A stretch of 64,000 nt of DNA from Candidatus Omnitrophota bacterium. GTDB lineage: Bacteria; Omnitrophota; JACPQZ01. Location: the NCBI GenBank assembly GCA_016190205.1, contig JACPQZ010000076.1, positions 4,632 through 68,631 of the forward strand, read 5' to 3'. Positions 20,285-28,496 of the stretch are shown piece after piece; position 1 is the first letter of the stretch, and each line of letters starts with the position of its first letter. The notes under the pieces are model-generated. The model worked only from the letters and a program-made list of their open reading frames with translations. It was not told where the DNA came from and did no database searches. The translations under genes were made by a program, and so were the position numbers.

Positions 20285-21248
20285 AAAACACCCTCATCTC
20301 CTGCCATGACTTTTGATCGGCATCCGCGTGATAGGCCACGCCCTTGGCTGGATCGTCCCCCGCTTCGGGCACGGTGAAGCTATGCACAGCCCCGGGGAAG
20401 ATGATCAACCGGTAGTCCACATCCCCCTTTTGCATCTCCTCCTCGAAGGTCCTTCTTTCCTCGGCGGAAATATGGGGATCATCTGCCCCTGTTAGGACAA
20501 GCACCTTTCCTTTTATGTTTTGAGCATCCTCCGGGTGCGGCGTCGAAAGCCCTCCGTGAAAGCTCACCACCCCCTTCAAATCCTCCCCCGCCCGGGCCAA
20601 TTCAAGTACCGCCATGCCTCCGAAACAATACCCGATGGCCCCCAACCGGGAGCTGTCCGTCAGAGGGTGCCCCTTCAATACGTCCAGGCCTGCCGCAGCC
20701 CGGGCCCGCATGAGATTTCGCTCCTGCCGGAAAACTCCGGAGAGCTGAGCCGCCTCTTCATGCGTCTGGGCGTAGACGCCCTTGCCATACATGTCTACCG
20801 CAAACGCGATGTACCCGAGTTCCGCAAGCTCGCGGGCACGTCTTTTTGCATACTCATTAAGCCCTTTCCACTCATGCACCACAAGCACGCCCGGCCGTTT
20901 ACCTTGCAAAGCGTCGTCATAGGCAAGATAGCCTTCCAGTTCCACATCCCCGTGCGTGTAGGGAACAGCCTCTGTGCGTATGGCCGCCTGCCCCGTCCCA
21001 GGGTAAAATAGAAAGAATGCGAAACACAAACACGCAATTTCCACGAGCTTCCTGCGCCCGCGCTCGTTTCTTAGGATTCTCACGCCGGATTTTTTCACGC
21101 CAAAATGCCCCGCCAGAAGTTCTATGACCGCCTGATTGGCCCGGCCGTCCTCGGCCGGCGCAGTCACGTACACCTTGAGCCCTCCCTCCATGGGCACCAC
21201 CCGGTTGTGCCGGGCCCTCGGCACCACCCTAATTTCTACACGCTGCAT
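20229..21248 (-). CDS. DUF167 (YggU) domain fused in frame to a signal-peptide-bearing dienelactone hydrolase
   Basis: Residues 1-71 form a complete DUF167 domain ending in GRRKLVEI. A hydrophobic segment (IACLCFAFFLFYPGTGQAA) follows, and then a dienelactone hydrolase domain with the GYCFGG nucleophile. Confidence 0.7.
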   Translation of the reverse strand: MQRVEIRVVPRARHNRVVPMEGGLKVYVTAPAEDGRANQAVIELLAGHFGVKKSGVRILRNERGRRKLVEIACLCFAFFLFYPGTGQAAIRTEAVPYTHGDVELEGYLAYDDALQGKRPGVLVVHEWKGLNEYAKRRARELAELGYIAFAVDMYGKGVYAQTHEEAAQLSGVFRQERNLMRARAAAGLDVLKGHPLTDSSRLGAIGYCFGGMAVLELARAGEDLKGVVSFHGGLSTPHPEDAQNIKGKVLVLTGADDPHISAEERRTFEEEMQKGDVDYRLIIFPGAVHSFTVPEAGDDPAKGVAYHADADQKSWQEMRVFFEFVFYEPKERTGQSVAN

Positions 21249-21287
21249 ATTTCGTCCACGGCTCGAAAAACAAGTGCAGAAACGAAC

Positions 21288-22988
21288 TTATTTTAACTTA
21301 AAACGCCGGGGCCGTGAGAATTTTCGAAAGCCCTGCGTGTTGAACACTCCACGTTCGAGGGAACCGCGCGTGCGAGTTAAGCTTCGCCCGGGATAACGGA
21401 AAACTTTACGCGACCCGCTTCCAGTGATCTCCCCTGGGATAGGGTATCCCAAAGTTTCCCAGACATACCGTGTCAGCGTCTGGCCGGGAGCGGCAAAACC
21501 CCTGGCCGGGTTATTGACGACCGTGTAAGGGTTTCCCTGCCAGTCTGCGGTGGGATATTCAAATCCATCCGGTTCGGAAAAGAGGACGTGTATGCGGTCC
21601 TCATAGGGCCAGGGCCAGAGGTTTTCGCCTGTGAGGGCATCATACCCGGTTTCACCCCACAAGGTGCCCGATTCACCGTAACGTTTGAGGAGAGTCGCCC
21701 CGCGAATCCTTCCTCCCTCGCCCGTACCAGCGTCCGGACTCCGGACTATGTATCTGAAACCGGGATCGGTGACCGAAGCATTCGTTCCCTGCGCCTGCCA
21801 TCCGGGAACATAGGTATTGTAGCGGACAAAATCGCCGCCCTGGTTCGCACCCGAATTATGGAAAAATAAGCTGTTCTGGATCGTTGTGAAAACGTTGGTA
21901 CCCGCCGACCCCGACCACTGATCTATCCCCCGCGACGTCGTTCCCACCGTAACCTGATCAATCAGCGTGGCGCCTTGAGGGTGTCCGTCACGCATGGCAA
22001 TGCCGACGTCCTCCACATCCCAGACCACGCTGTTCACCACGTCATTGCCCCGCGCCGGATAATCCTCATTGATCAAAAATCCTACGGCGGGGATGTGAAG
22101 AGCGAGACAACCCCGATACTTAATATCCTCGGCCGCGTGTACGTTCTGCATGCCCGCCCCCAGGCCCGGGTTTGCGTTGTAGTCCACCACCACGCAATTT
22201 TGCGCGAGCGAGGCGCGCGCGGCCGCGATGGTGCCCACTGCGCCATAAAAGGCGATCCCGGATTTAGGTTCTCGCTCGGTATTTCCATCAAAACGCACGA
22301 CACAACGGCGCAGGATTACGTTTTCGGATTCGAAGACGATAATGCCATAGACCATGGTGCCCACGACCCACACATCTTCTAAAAGGACGTGGTGACTGCC
22401 TTCACTGATCGAGATGACCTCACCGTAGCGCGAATCAATCGGGACGCCATTCTTGACCCCCGTACGCATAAGTTTAATATGATCGGAATGACGTATCCGG
22501 ACACCTCCACGCCGTAAGGTAAGCCCTTCGATCTGGACATAGGACGACCCCCTGGCGGTTCCGTCGACCGGACCTCCGAGGAAGATGCCGGCATCTTCCA
22601 GGACGGCGAGGCCGTCGTGTTCAGCTTTGATCACCGTGTAGGCGTATGAGAATCCGCTGGGGGGCGAGTAGGAGTTATAGGGCTGGCCGGGAAAAAACCG
22701 GCCCATGGGCTCACGGTAAGTCCCGTCGAGAAGAATCAGCGTATCCCCGGCCGCCATGACATCTTTGAAGGCGTGGCTGAAGGTGGCCCAAGGCAGGTCA
22801 CGGGTGCCAGGATTACCGTCATTTCCGGAGGGGGAAACGTAATAAGCGGCGGGGGGTTGCTGGACGAACGGCGAAATGACTTTTCGCACCACCGCCGCCG
22901 GCGCAGTTTCCGGAACCACCAAGAGGTACATGGCAGCGGCCAAAAAAACGAACGCCGAGAGCGAATCTTCCTTCGCGGCCAGGCACAA
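21288..22988 (-). CDS. Right-handed parallel beta-helix repeat protein (secreted, DUF1565-like); the start is uncertain
   Basis: Contains YYVSPSGNDGNPGT...PWATF, characteristic of beta-helix proteins. The ORF is open to 23135, but a probable signal peptide (LSAFVFLAAAMYLLVV) suggests a TTG start near 22988. Confidence 0.5.
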   Translation of the reverse strand: MCLAAKEDSLSAFVFLAAAMYLLVVPETAPAAVVRKVISPFVQQPPAAYYVSPSGNDGNPGTRDLPWATFSHAFKDVMAAGDTLILLDGTYREPMGRFFPGQPYNSYSPPSGFSYAYTVIKAEHDGLAVLEDAGIFLGGPVDGTARGSSYVQIEGLTLRRGGVRIRHSDHIKLMRTGVKNGVPIDSRYGEVISISEGSHHVLLEDVWVVGTMVYGIIVFESENVILRRCVVRFDGNTEREPKSGIAFYGAVGTIAAARASLAQNCVVVDYNANPGLGAGMQNVHAAEDIKYRGCLALHIPAVGFLINEDYPARGNDVVNSVVWDVEDVGIAMRDGHPQGATLIDQVTVGTTSRGIDQWSGSAGTNVFTTIQNSLFFHNSGANQGGDFVRYNTYVPGWQAQGTNASVTDPGFRYIVRSPDAGTGEGGRIRGATLLKRYGESGTLWGETGYDALTGENLWPWPYEDRIHVLFSEPDGFEYPTADWQGNPYTVVNNPARGFAAPGQTLTRYVWETLGYPIPGEITGSGSRKVFRYPGRSLTRTRGSLERGVFNTQGFRKFSRPRRFKLK

Positions 22989-23040
22989 GCGGTTCTTTCG
23001 CTCTTCGTCTTTGAATGCGCACTTTTTAAGGTGCGGGGAC

Positions 23041-23373
23041 TTAGCGGTCTCGGCGGGCGGCATAGGTGAGATGTGAAAAGTAGCGCCGCCAGGCCTCCTC
23101 CGTGGAACCATACTCGTTGGCTCCGAGGAAGTCATCGGCCAGGGCCTCCCTCATACGGGCAAGCTCTTTAAGACGGGGGGCTTCCCAGCCGCCTTCCAGG
23201 GTCAAGTCCACGAGCTCGAGGGCCCTTTCGAGTGCCCTCAGACTGTAGGCGGCGTTTTGCTTAGCCCGCCAGTTGAGCGCCCGCTCGACCTCACTTCCGA
23301 TGTTCGCCATCTGTTCGAGAAACGATAATCGGTACCAGCGCCCTGCTGCAAGGGATTTGTGCTGAACACTCAC
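23041..23373 (-). CDS. Hypothetical small protein with a C-terminal Rx4H (HEPN-like) motif
   Basis: 110 aa with a C-terminal EEAWRRYFSHLTY segment (R-x4-H...Y). It overlaps the upstream gene by 4 nt. Confidence 0.4.
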   Translation of the reverse strand: MSVQHKSLAAGRWYRLSFLEQMANIGSEVERALNWRAKQNAAYSLRALERALELVDLTLEGGWEAPRLKELARMREALADDFLGANEYGSTEEAWRRYFSHLTYAARRDR

Positions 23374-23711
23374 CGGGTGATCCTCTTTCCGACGATTGCC
23401 ATGATCTTTTTGCGGGTAGCCTCGCTCTCCACGCCGCGGCTCCTGTTACCCTGCGACGGGCGCATGTTGATCATGGAATCGAACTCCACCCATTCGTCCG
23501 CCTTCGCCGCCGGATAGAAGTTGATGCCCCAGAGACCCCGCTGCTTCGAACCATTCTCCAGGAGGAGTGCTTCGAGATCCGCGTGCAGCTCGGCATCCAG
23601 CGCGATGAGCTCCCGCTCCACATCCACGACCGCCTTGACCATATCCCCGAAGCCCCGGGCGGCTATTTCGTTAACCTCGTTCAGCGTGATCGCGTCCGTA
23701 ATAATCTTCAT
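23370..23711 (-). CDS. Hypothetical small protein, translationally coupled partner of 23041..23373
   Basis: 113-aa ORF whose stop overlaps the start of the downstream gene by 4 bp (ATGA), the usual toxin-antitoxin layout. Confidence 0.4.
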   Translation of the reverse strand: MKIITDAITLNEVNEIAARGFGDMVKAVVDVERELIALDAELHADLEALLLENGSKQRGLWGINFYPAAKADEWVEFDSMINMRPSQGNRSRGVESEATRKKIMAIVGKRITR

Positions 23712-23792
23712 GAGAAATATTTACTGATCACCTCACGATATCCGTGTGCTCACGCCAGCGTACTTCAATGCCTTCGCGGGCTTCGATCACGA

Positions 23793-24281
23793 TCAATTTT
23801 GGTCTTTAATCTTCTCTTGAATCCTGCGCCTGGCGCGCTTATTAAACTCGGAAAAGGCCATGTCCATCTGCCGGTCTGAGATGACCACCCAACGTACCTT
23901 CCGGCTCCCGGCATAACGTTCAAACTCGCTCAACGTTTGGGCATCGGTCGGATTGACAGTCGCAGCCGTTAATGACCACTCATCCTGAAAGAGGGGTAAG
24001 CATCTCTTTTCAACCGCCAGCGTCGGATTCACCTTCTGGACCACATCCCAGTCTATTTGATCGAAAACTAAATTGAGATACGGGAGCTCGAATTTTTCCG
24101 ATAGTGCCTGGGCCAAATCGCTGTCTGAAATGATACTTCTCTTGAGGAGAATTTGACCTAAAAACTCGTGGGTTCTTTGCTGCTCCGCCAGCGCCGAAAT
24201 AAGCTGGATTTCATTGATCAATCCCCGATCACGCAGAATTTCCCCGATCTGCTTTTTATTTTTCTTTTGTTCAACAGTCAT
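23793..24281 (-). CDS. Standalone MshEN (T2SSE_N) domain protein, putative c-di-GMP receptor
   Basis: The N-terminus KQIGEILRDRGLINEIQLISALAEQQ fits the 24-residue MshEN motif RLGxxLLxxGLIxxxQLxxALxxQ. A second degenerate copy follows (FLGQILLKRSIISDSDLAQALSEK). Confidence 0.6.
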   Translation of the reverse strand: MTVEQKKNKKQIGEILRDRGLINEIQLISALAEQQRTHEFLGQILLKRSIISDSDLAQALSEKFELPYLNLVFDQIDWDVVQKVNPTLAVEKRCLPLFQDEWSLTAATVNPTDAQTLSEFERYAGSRKVRWVVISDRQMDMAFSEFNKRARRRIQEKIKDQN

Positions 24282-24412
24282 GGGGGGTCCTTTCGGGAGA
24301 CTTTATTATCTATTTTATTGCTTCATCAACTTTTCATTCGGTACCATCATTCGGTACCAGGTACCGGATAGGGTTTAAACTGGGTTTCACTGTCGTGCCA
24401 GGCACCGAAACT

Positions 24413-24943
24413 TCATCCAATATCCAACAGGTTCTTATAGCGCTTTAGAAATTGGCGGTCCTTGGGCCGACCGGCAATCTCTTTTGAGCGCAAAAGTTTT
24501 TCCAACCGACCCACCTTCACAGGTATCTGGTCTACCGTAAAAGTTGCTGCATCCTTGGCTAAATCCGAGAAGGGATAGCCTGACACCTTGAGCAATAATT
24601 CAATCATGACGCCATCCGGGGTGGTTGCTACAAGAGTGCGCTGCTCTTTGACGAGCCGCGCGAGACTGGCTGCCTCTAACTTTCCCTGCGCTGTGCCAAG
24701 GGAAAAACCCAGCGCCTCAAGATTTACAACCGCCTTTTTTACATTCGCCAGAGTGGGATCCAGAAATATATCATAATCCATCGTTGCAAACATTTCGGAA
24801 GGATTACGGGCGTAGTAATTAATGCCGGACATTCCCACCACCACATAACGCACGCCCTTGCGATTAAATTCATCCACCACCCTCTGGTACGGGTCTCCCC
24901 CCTCAATCTTATTTACCATACGGTCACGAACGCTTCTTGCCAT
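24413..24943 (-). CDS. Pol-beta-superfamily nucleotidyltransferase-fold protein (AbiEii/DUF6036-like toxin candidate)
   Basis: Carries the G-[GS]...D-x-D motif (VVGMSGINYYARNPSEMFATMDYDIF) and a C-terminal GRPKD segment. It overlaps the upstream HTH gene by about 20 nt. A paralog lies at 32024..32485. Confidence 0.5.
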   Translation of the reverse strand: MARSVRDRMVNKIEGGDPYQRVVDEFNRKGVRYVVVGMSGINYYARNPSEMFATMDYDIFLDPTLANVKKAVVNLEALGFSLGTAQGKLEAASLARLVKEQRTLVATTPDGVMIELLLKVSGYPFSDLAKDAATFTVDQIPVKVGRLEKLLRSKEIAGRPKDRQFLKRYKNLLDIG

Positions 24944-25268
24944 AGTGACGCTGCCATGCGAGCAAGGTCCTGTGAACCCAGGTCTTCTCCGCCCCGTCCG
25001 GGCTATCCAGATCCCGTGCGCGGACCCTGCCTAACAGCTCGGGTTGCTTAGAGAGGGAGCCTGCCTCAGCGGGCACGTTCTCTAACAAGTCGGAAGGACT
25101 TACTCCCAGAAAGGCGGCGAGTTTGGCCAAGGCGTGGAGCGAAACTGACCGCTTGCCCGAGTCCATCGCTGAGACGTTCGAACGGTAGAGCCCCAGGCTC
25201 CTGGCCACCTGTGAAGCGGTCCAGCCTCTTTCCCGGGCCACCTGCGTAATACGGGTTCGGATTGGCAT
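24924..25268 (-). CDS. XRE-family helix-turn-helix transcriptional regulator (antitoxin candidate)
   Basis: HTH segment ITQVARERGWTASQVARSLGLYRSNVSAMDSGKRSVSLHALAKLAAFLG. The probable start is the internal ATG at 25268. Confidence 0.65.
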   Translation of the reverse strand: MPIRTRITQVARERGWTASQVARSLGLYRSNVSAMDSGKRSVSLHALAKLAAFLGVSPSDLLENVPAEAGSLSKQPELLGRVRARDLDSPDGAEKTWVHRTLLAWQRHYGKKRS

Positions 25269-25302
25269 CTCTGTAATGTTATCATATACTGATAACAAAA
25301 GC

Positions 25303-25461
25303 AACTCATCTTATTTCACCTCATTCGGAGAAATGAGGACGGTCTTGCCGTTTTTCCATATCGCCAGCGGCCGGCCTGTTTTCTTATGCCGCTTAACCAC
25401 CTCCCGAACCGCTTTTTTCAGAGCCGCTTCAGCTTTATCCTGCAAAGACATTCTTTTTTTC
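25303..25461 (-). CDS. Small ORF (51 aa) immediately downstream of the zeta-toxin gene; possible partner protein
   Basis: Minus-strand ATG at 25461 gives MKKRMSLQDKAEAALKKAVREVVKRHKKTGRPLAIWKNGKTVLISPNEVK. It starts 3 nt after the zeta stop. It is not in the ORF track because it is under 60 aa. Confidence 0.3.
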
Positions 25462-25463
25462 AT

Positions 25464-26042
25464 TTACCGTCTCGCACTTCTTTGAACCATCGCAAATAAA
25501 TCATCGTTCATTATTTCTCTGTGACCGTTTCGTTTTTTCGCGATCAATACCGGCTTCGACTTGGAATTATCAAACAACATCCAGGAATCGAGCAATGGCT
25601 CATACAGGTTGGAAAAATTATCGAGGCCGCGAGTGAATCTTCTGCGCACGTCTTCCGCAGGCACATGATGGCCGCCTTCCGCCACCCGGTCTTTAATACG
25701 TGCGATCGCCAGTTCCGCGCTCGGAATCCAGAGAAAGAAAAGATGAACCGTATAGCCTTTCTTTTTTAGATCAGTGAGTAGAGTTGCGTAGGATTTACCG
25801 GATAAAGTCGTCTCAAATGCAAAAACAACGCCGCGCCTGGCGTATTCATGGATCTCATGAAGAACGAGCTTACCGGCTTTGATCGCCGCGGCGCGAGGCC
25901 CAAAGGGGGCCAGTCCTTGAGCGATGAGGTCTGCATTTACAAAATTCGGGCAATTCACATAATCCGGTAAGAACAGCCTCGCAAAGGTCGTCTTACCCGA
26001 TCCATTGGGTCCCGCAATAATGTAAACCGCTTTATGCTTCAT
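25464..26042 (-). CDS. Zeta-toxin family P-loop kinase (AAA-like)
   Basis: Walker A motif IIAGPNGSGKTT and zeta-toxin family architecture in 192 aa. Confidence 0.75.
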   Translation of the reverse strand: MKHKAVYIIAGPNGSGKTTFARLFLPDYVNCPNFVNADLIAQGLAPFGPRAAAIKAGKLVLHEIHEYARRGVVFAFETTLSGKSYATLLTDLKKKGYTVHLFFLWIPSAELAIARIKDRVAEGGHHVPAEDVRRRFTRGLDNFSNLYEPLLDSWMLFDNSKSKPVLIAKKRNGHREIMNDDLFAMVQRSARR

Positions 26043-26077
26043 AGTCGGCCTGTTCAGCCTTAGTGAACGGAGTCATG

Positions 26078-26107
26078 TCTTGCAAAATAATATGTGATAT
26101 TGCAAGA
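26078..26107. promoter_or_regulatory. Perfect 8-bp inverted repeat (TCTTGCAA-N14-TTGCAAGA) in the zeta-toxin promoter region; putative operator
   Basis: The sequence tcttgcaaaataatatgtgatattgcaaga lies 36 bp upstream of the zeta-toxin start codon. Confidence 0.45.
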
Positions 26108-26116
26108 CCTGACCCT

Positions 26117-26878
26117 TCACGCGAACTCACGTTTCCTGAAATGGATTCCCGTATTGTCCGTAGGCCTCAACTCGTGTTTGATCCCCCGCCTGAGCATAAA
26201 CTCATCCACCGCTTTCTTACAGCCCTTCCAATAGCAGTAATCGTCGATCACCACGTAGCCATCTGGAACCACTTGATCGTAGAGTTCCTCCAGACAAATT
26301 TTAATTGATTCATAGTAATCGCCGTCCAAGTGGAGCAATGCAATGTCACCCATTGCTTTCTTATGCGAGGGGATAGTTTCATGAAACCAACCCTTGACGA
26401 AATGACCACGGCCCGCCGGAAACCTCAATGTTTTGTATAAAAGGCCTTTGGCGATCGTTTCCGGAGCGGATAATGCCCCTTTAGGAAACGTTTCGCCACT
26501 GGCTGTTTCATCCAACGCAGAAGCGTCCGGTAAGCCCTGCCATGAGTCGAAAAGCCACACGTGCCTTTTCGGATGCCGGTTGGCGACGGTATGAAGGACG
26601 GCGGCGCTCCCACCCCGGCACACGCCAAACTCCGCGAAACACCCTTTGACCCGGTCCCGGTTTAATATGGTTCCCAGCTCGAACAGCGTCAACAGTCGCG
26701 GGTACGTCAACATCGTATACGGTTTGATCTTCAAAAAAAGGTTGATCTTGCCCAGTTTCCAAAGATCTTTCTTTGGAACGCCCCGGATAAAATGCCACTC
26801 TGAATTCAGACGCGTCAGGAGCAGGTTTCTCTTCACCCATGCCTTGATAGGTTTAACCATCTGGGTGCGGACATTCAT
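26117..26878 (-). CDS. TylF/MycF-family SAM-dependent O-methyltransferase
   Basis: Contains CFAEFGVCRGGSA, LHLDGDYYESI and DGYVVIDDY, motifs of the macrocin-O-methyltransferase family. Confidence 0.7.
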   Translation of the reverse strand: MNVRTQMVKPIKAWVKRNLLLTRLNSEWHFIRGVPKKDLWKLGKINLFLKIKPYTMLTYPRLLTLFELGTILNRDRVKGCFAEFGVCRGGSAAVLHTVANRHPKRHVWLFDSWQGLPDASALDETASGETFPKGALSAPETIAKGLLYKTLRFPAGRGHFVKGWFHETIPSHKKAMGDIALLHLDGDYYESIKICLEELYDQVVPDGYVVIDDYCYWKGCKKAVDEFMLRRGIKHELRPTDNTGIHFRKREFA

Positions 26879-27004
26879 AACTCATCTTTCGGTACCAGGT
26901 ACAAAAGTGCCACTTATATACTGATAACAAAAGCAACTCATCGCGATTTGGCGCCGCAGTCCGTACAATGACATCGAACCTGGTACCTATAGGTAAAAGT
27001 CATC

Positions 27005-27703
27005 TCAAGCCATATCAAACAATAGTAATTCCGCGTCACTAAGGGCGGCGATCGTTAAAAGCTTTTCCCCGCTGACTGCGGCGCCGTCGCTCTCCTTAAA
27101 CGAGACTCCATTGACTTGAACCGAGCCGCGGGCCGCCTGTATCCAGGCGTGACGGTACATGTCTATGGCATATTCCACCTTTTTGCCTTTTTCGAGGGAT
27201 GAGATATAGAGACTGGCATCCTGATGGATTTTTAGGGCGCCTGCGGACGGCCGGCCGGCCGCGGCAAGGCACAACCGGTTTTTTCGCAGCTCGGGCTTGA
27301 AAGCACGCTGCTCATAACCAGGCTTGAGCCCATTTTTCTCCGGCAAGATCCAAATTTGCAGTAAATGCACGGGGTTCGTCCGGGACGGGTTGAACTCACT
27401 GTGAGTCACGCCCGTTCCGGCACTCATGCGCTGTACTTCCCCGGGCCGGATGACTGCACCGCTCCCCATACTGTCCCTGTGTTCCAGCTCGCCTTCCAGG
27501 ATATAGGTTATGATCTCCATATCTCTGTGCCCGTGCGTGCCAAAACCCTTTCCGGGCTCAATCCGATCCTCATTGATGACCCGAAGGCACCTAAAACCCA
27601 TATGCTTGGGGTCATGATAATCAGCAAATGAGAAGGTGTGATAGGAATCCAGCCAACCGTGATTGGCATGACCCCGCTCACCGGCTTTTCTGATTTGAAT
27701 CAT
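27005..27703 (-). CDS. Pirin family protein
   Basis: Pirin N-terminal cupin motifs HGWLDSYHTFSF, GFGTHGHRDMEIITYILEG and THSEFN. Confidence 0.85.
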   Translation of the reverse strand: MIQIRKAGERGHANHGWLDSYHTFSFADYHDPKHMGFRCLRVINEDRIEPGKGFGTHGHRDMEIITYILEGELEHRDSMGSGAVIRPGEVQRMSAGTGVTHSEFNPSRTNPVHLLQIWILPEKNGLKPGYEQRAFKPELRKNRLCLAAAGRPSAGALKIHQDASLYISSLEKGKKVEYAIDMYRHAWIQAARGSVQVNGVSFKESDGAAVSGEKLLTIAALSDAELLLFDMA

Positions 27704-27752
27704 CGTTCATGCCTTTGAATATGCCGTTTTTACGGGCCGCTTTGCTTTCCAC

Positions 27753-28319
27753 TCATCGTAACCGCGTGAACGAAAACACGGCATCCGTATCCTTGGCCCC
27801 CTCCTTGTAACAATTCCAGGACTGGTTCATCTGACCACCCCCATCGGCCAGTGAGATCTCGAGACCATGCATGTGCTGCTCGTGGGCTACATCGATATCC
27901 GTGTCGGCGGCCAGTTGAAATTTCCAGTTTGTACCGGACGATTCGTTCAGCACCATGCGCGGCTGGTTGCCCAACATGCAGTAATGGGTCATTTCAAGCC
28001 TGCCCGCGCGGTCGTGATAGACACTTACCATCTCGCTTGGCGTCCCTACGCAAAATCGCTCCAGAAGAACAGAGCCTCCCGACGTAAGTTCATAGCGGAC
28101 CTTTACTTTTTCCTCTTTGCCGTCCTTGACAGATGTTCCTTCCCACTCGCCCACGAGCCCCTTCAGGCGCTCAAACTCTGCTGAGGAAGGAGGACGCGGC
28201 GGCATTTCCTCTTCCGCAGCCTTCGAAATAGCGCCCGAAAGCAAGGCGCTCAGAAATGATACAAGAATGATACGCGCAAACACGTTAACCTCCTTTACAT
28301 GCAGGTAACACTGTTTCAA
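27753..28319 (-). CDS. Secreted DUF1579-like protein
   Basis: Has a signal peptide and the segment GEWEGTSVKDGKEEKVKVRYELTSGGSVLLERF, consistent with DUF1579. Confidence 0.45.
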   Translation of the reverse strand: MKQCYLHVKEVNVFARIILVSFLSALLSGAISKAAEEEMPPRPPSSAEFERLKGLVGEWEGTSVKDGKEEKVKVRYELTSGGSVLLERFCVGTPSEMVSVYHDRAGRLEMTHYCMLGNQPRMVLNESSGTNWKFQLAADTDIDVAHEQHMHGLEISLADGGGQMNQSWNCYKEGAKDTDAVFSFTRLR

Positions 28320-28384
28320 GCCATGTTAAACAATAAAAACTCTCTAACCTTCATACTGAGTGCCTATTGTTTCACTTTATGAGC

Positions 28385-28496
28385 TCTGCATTTACAAAAT
28401 TCGGGCAATTCACATAATCCGGTAAGAACAGTCTCGCAAAGGTCGTCTTACCCGATCCATTTGTCCCGCGATGATGTAAACCGCTTTGTGCTTCAT
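28385..28496 (-). pseudogene. Truncated, frameshifted duplicate of the 5-prime end of the zeta-toxin gene
   Basis: About 130 bp at 28385-28515 are about 95% identical to 25930-26060, which is the upstream region plus the first ~37 codons of the zeta gene. The copy has a 1-nt deletion and substitutions and no continuation. Confidence 0.65.

Noticed and set aside
26063-26308. Plus-strand 81-aa ORF antisense to the TylF methyltransferase start region
   Set aside because: No domain, embedded in a well-supported minus-strand gene and promoter. Likely spurious.
22960-27340. A shared peptide RKNRLCLAA and a ~27-nt similar DNA stretch in the beta-helix gene 5-prime extension (near 22990) and inside the pirin gene (near 27320)
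   Set aside because: Only about 23/27 identical, and expected by chance at this GC content in a 64-kb window. In pirin it is genuine coding sequence. In the beta-helix ORF it lies in a probably untranslated over-extension.
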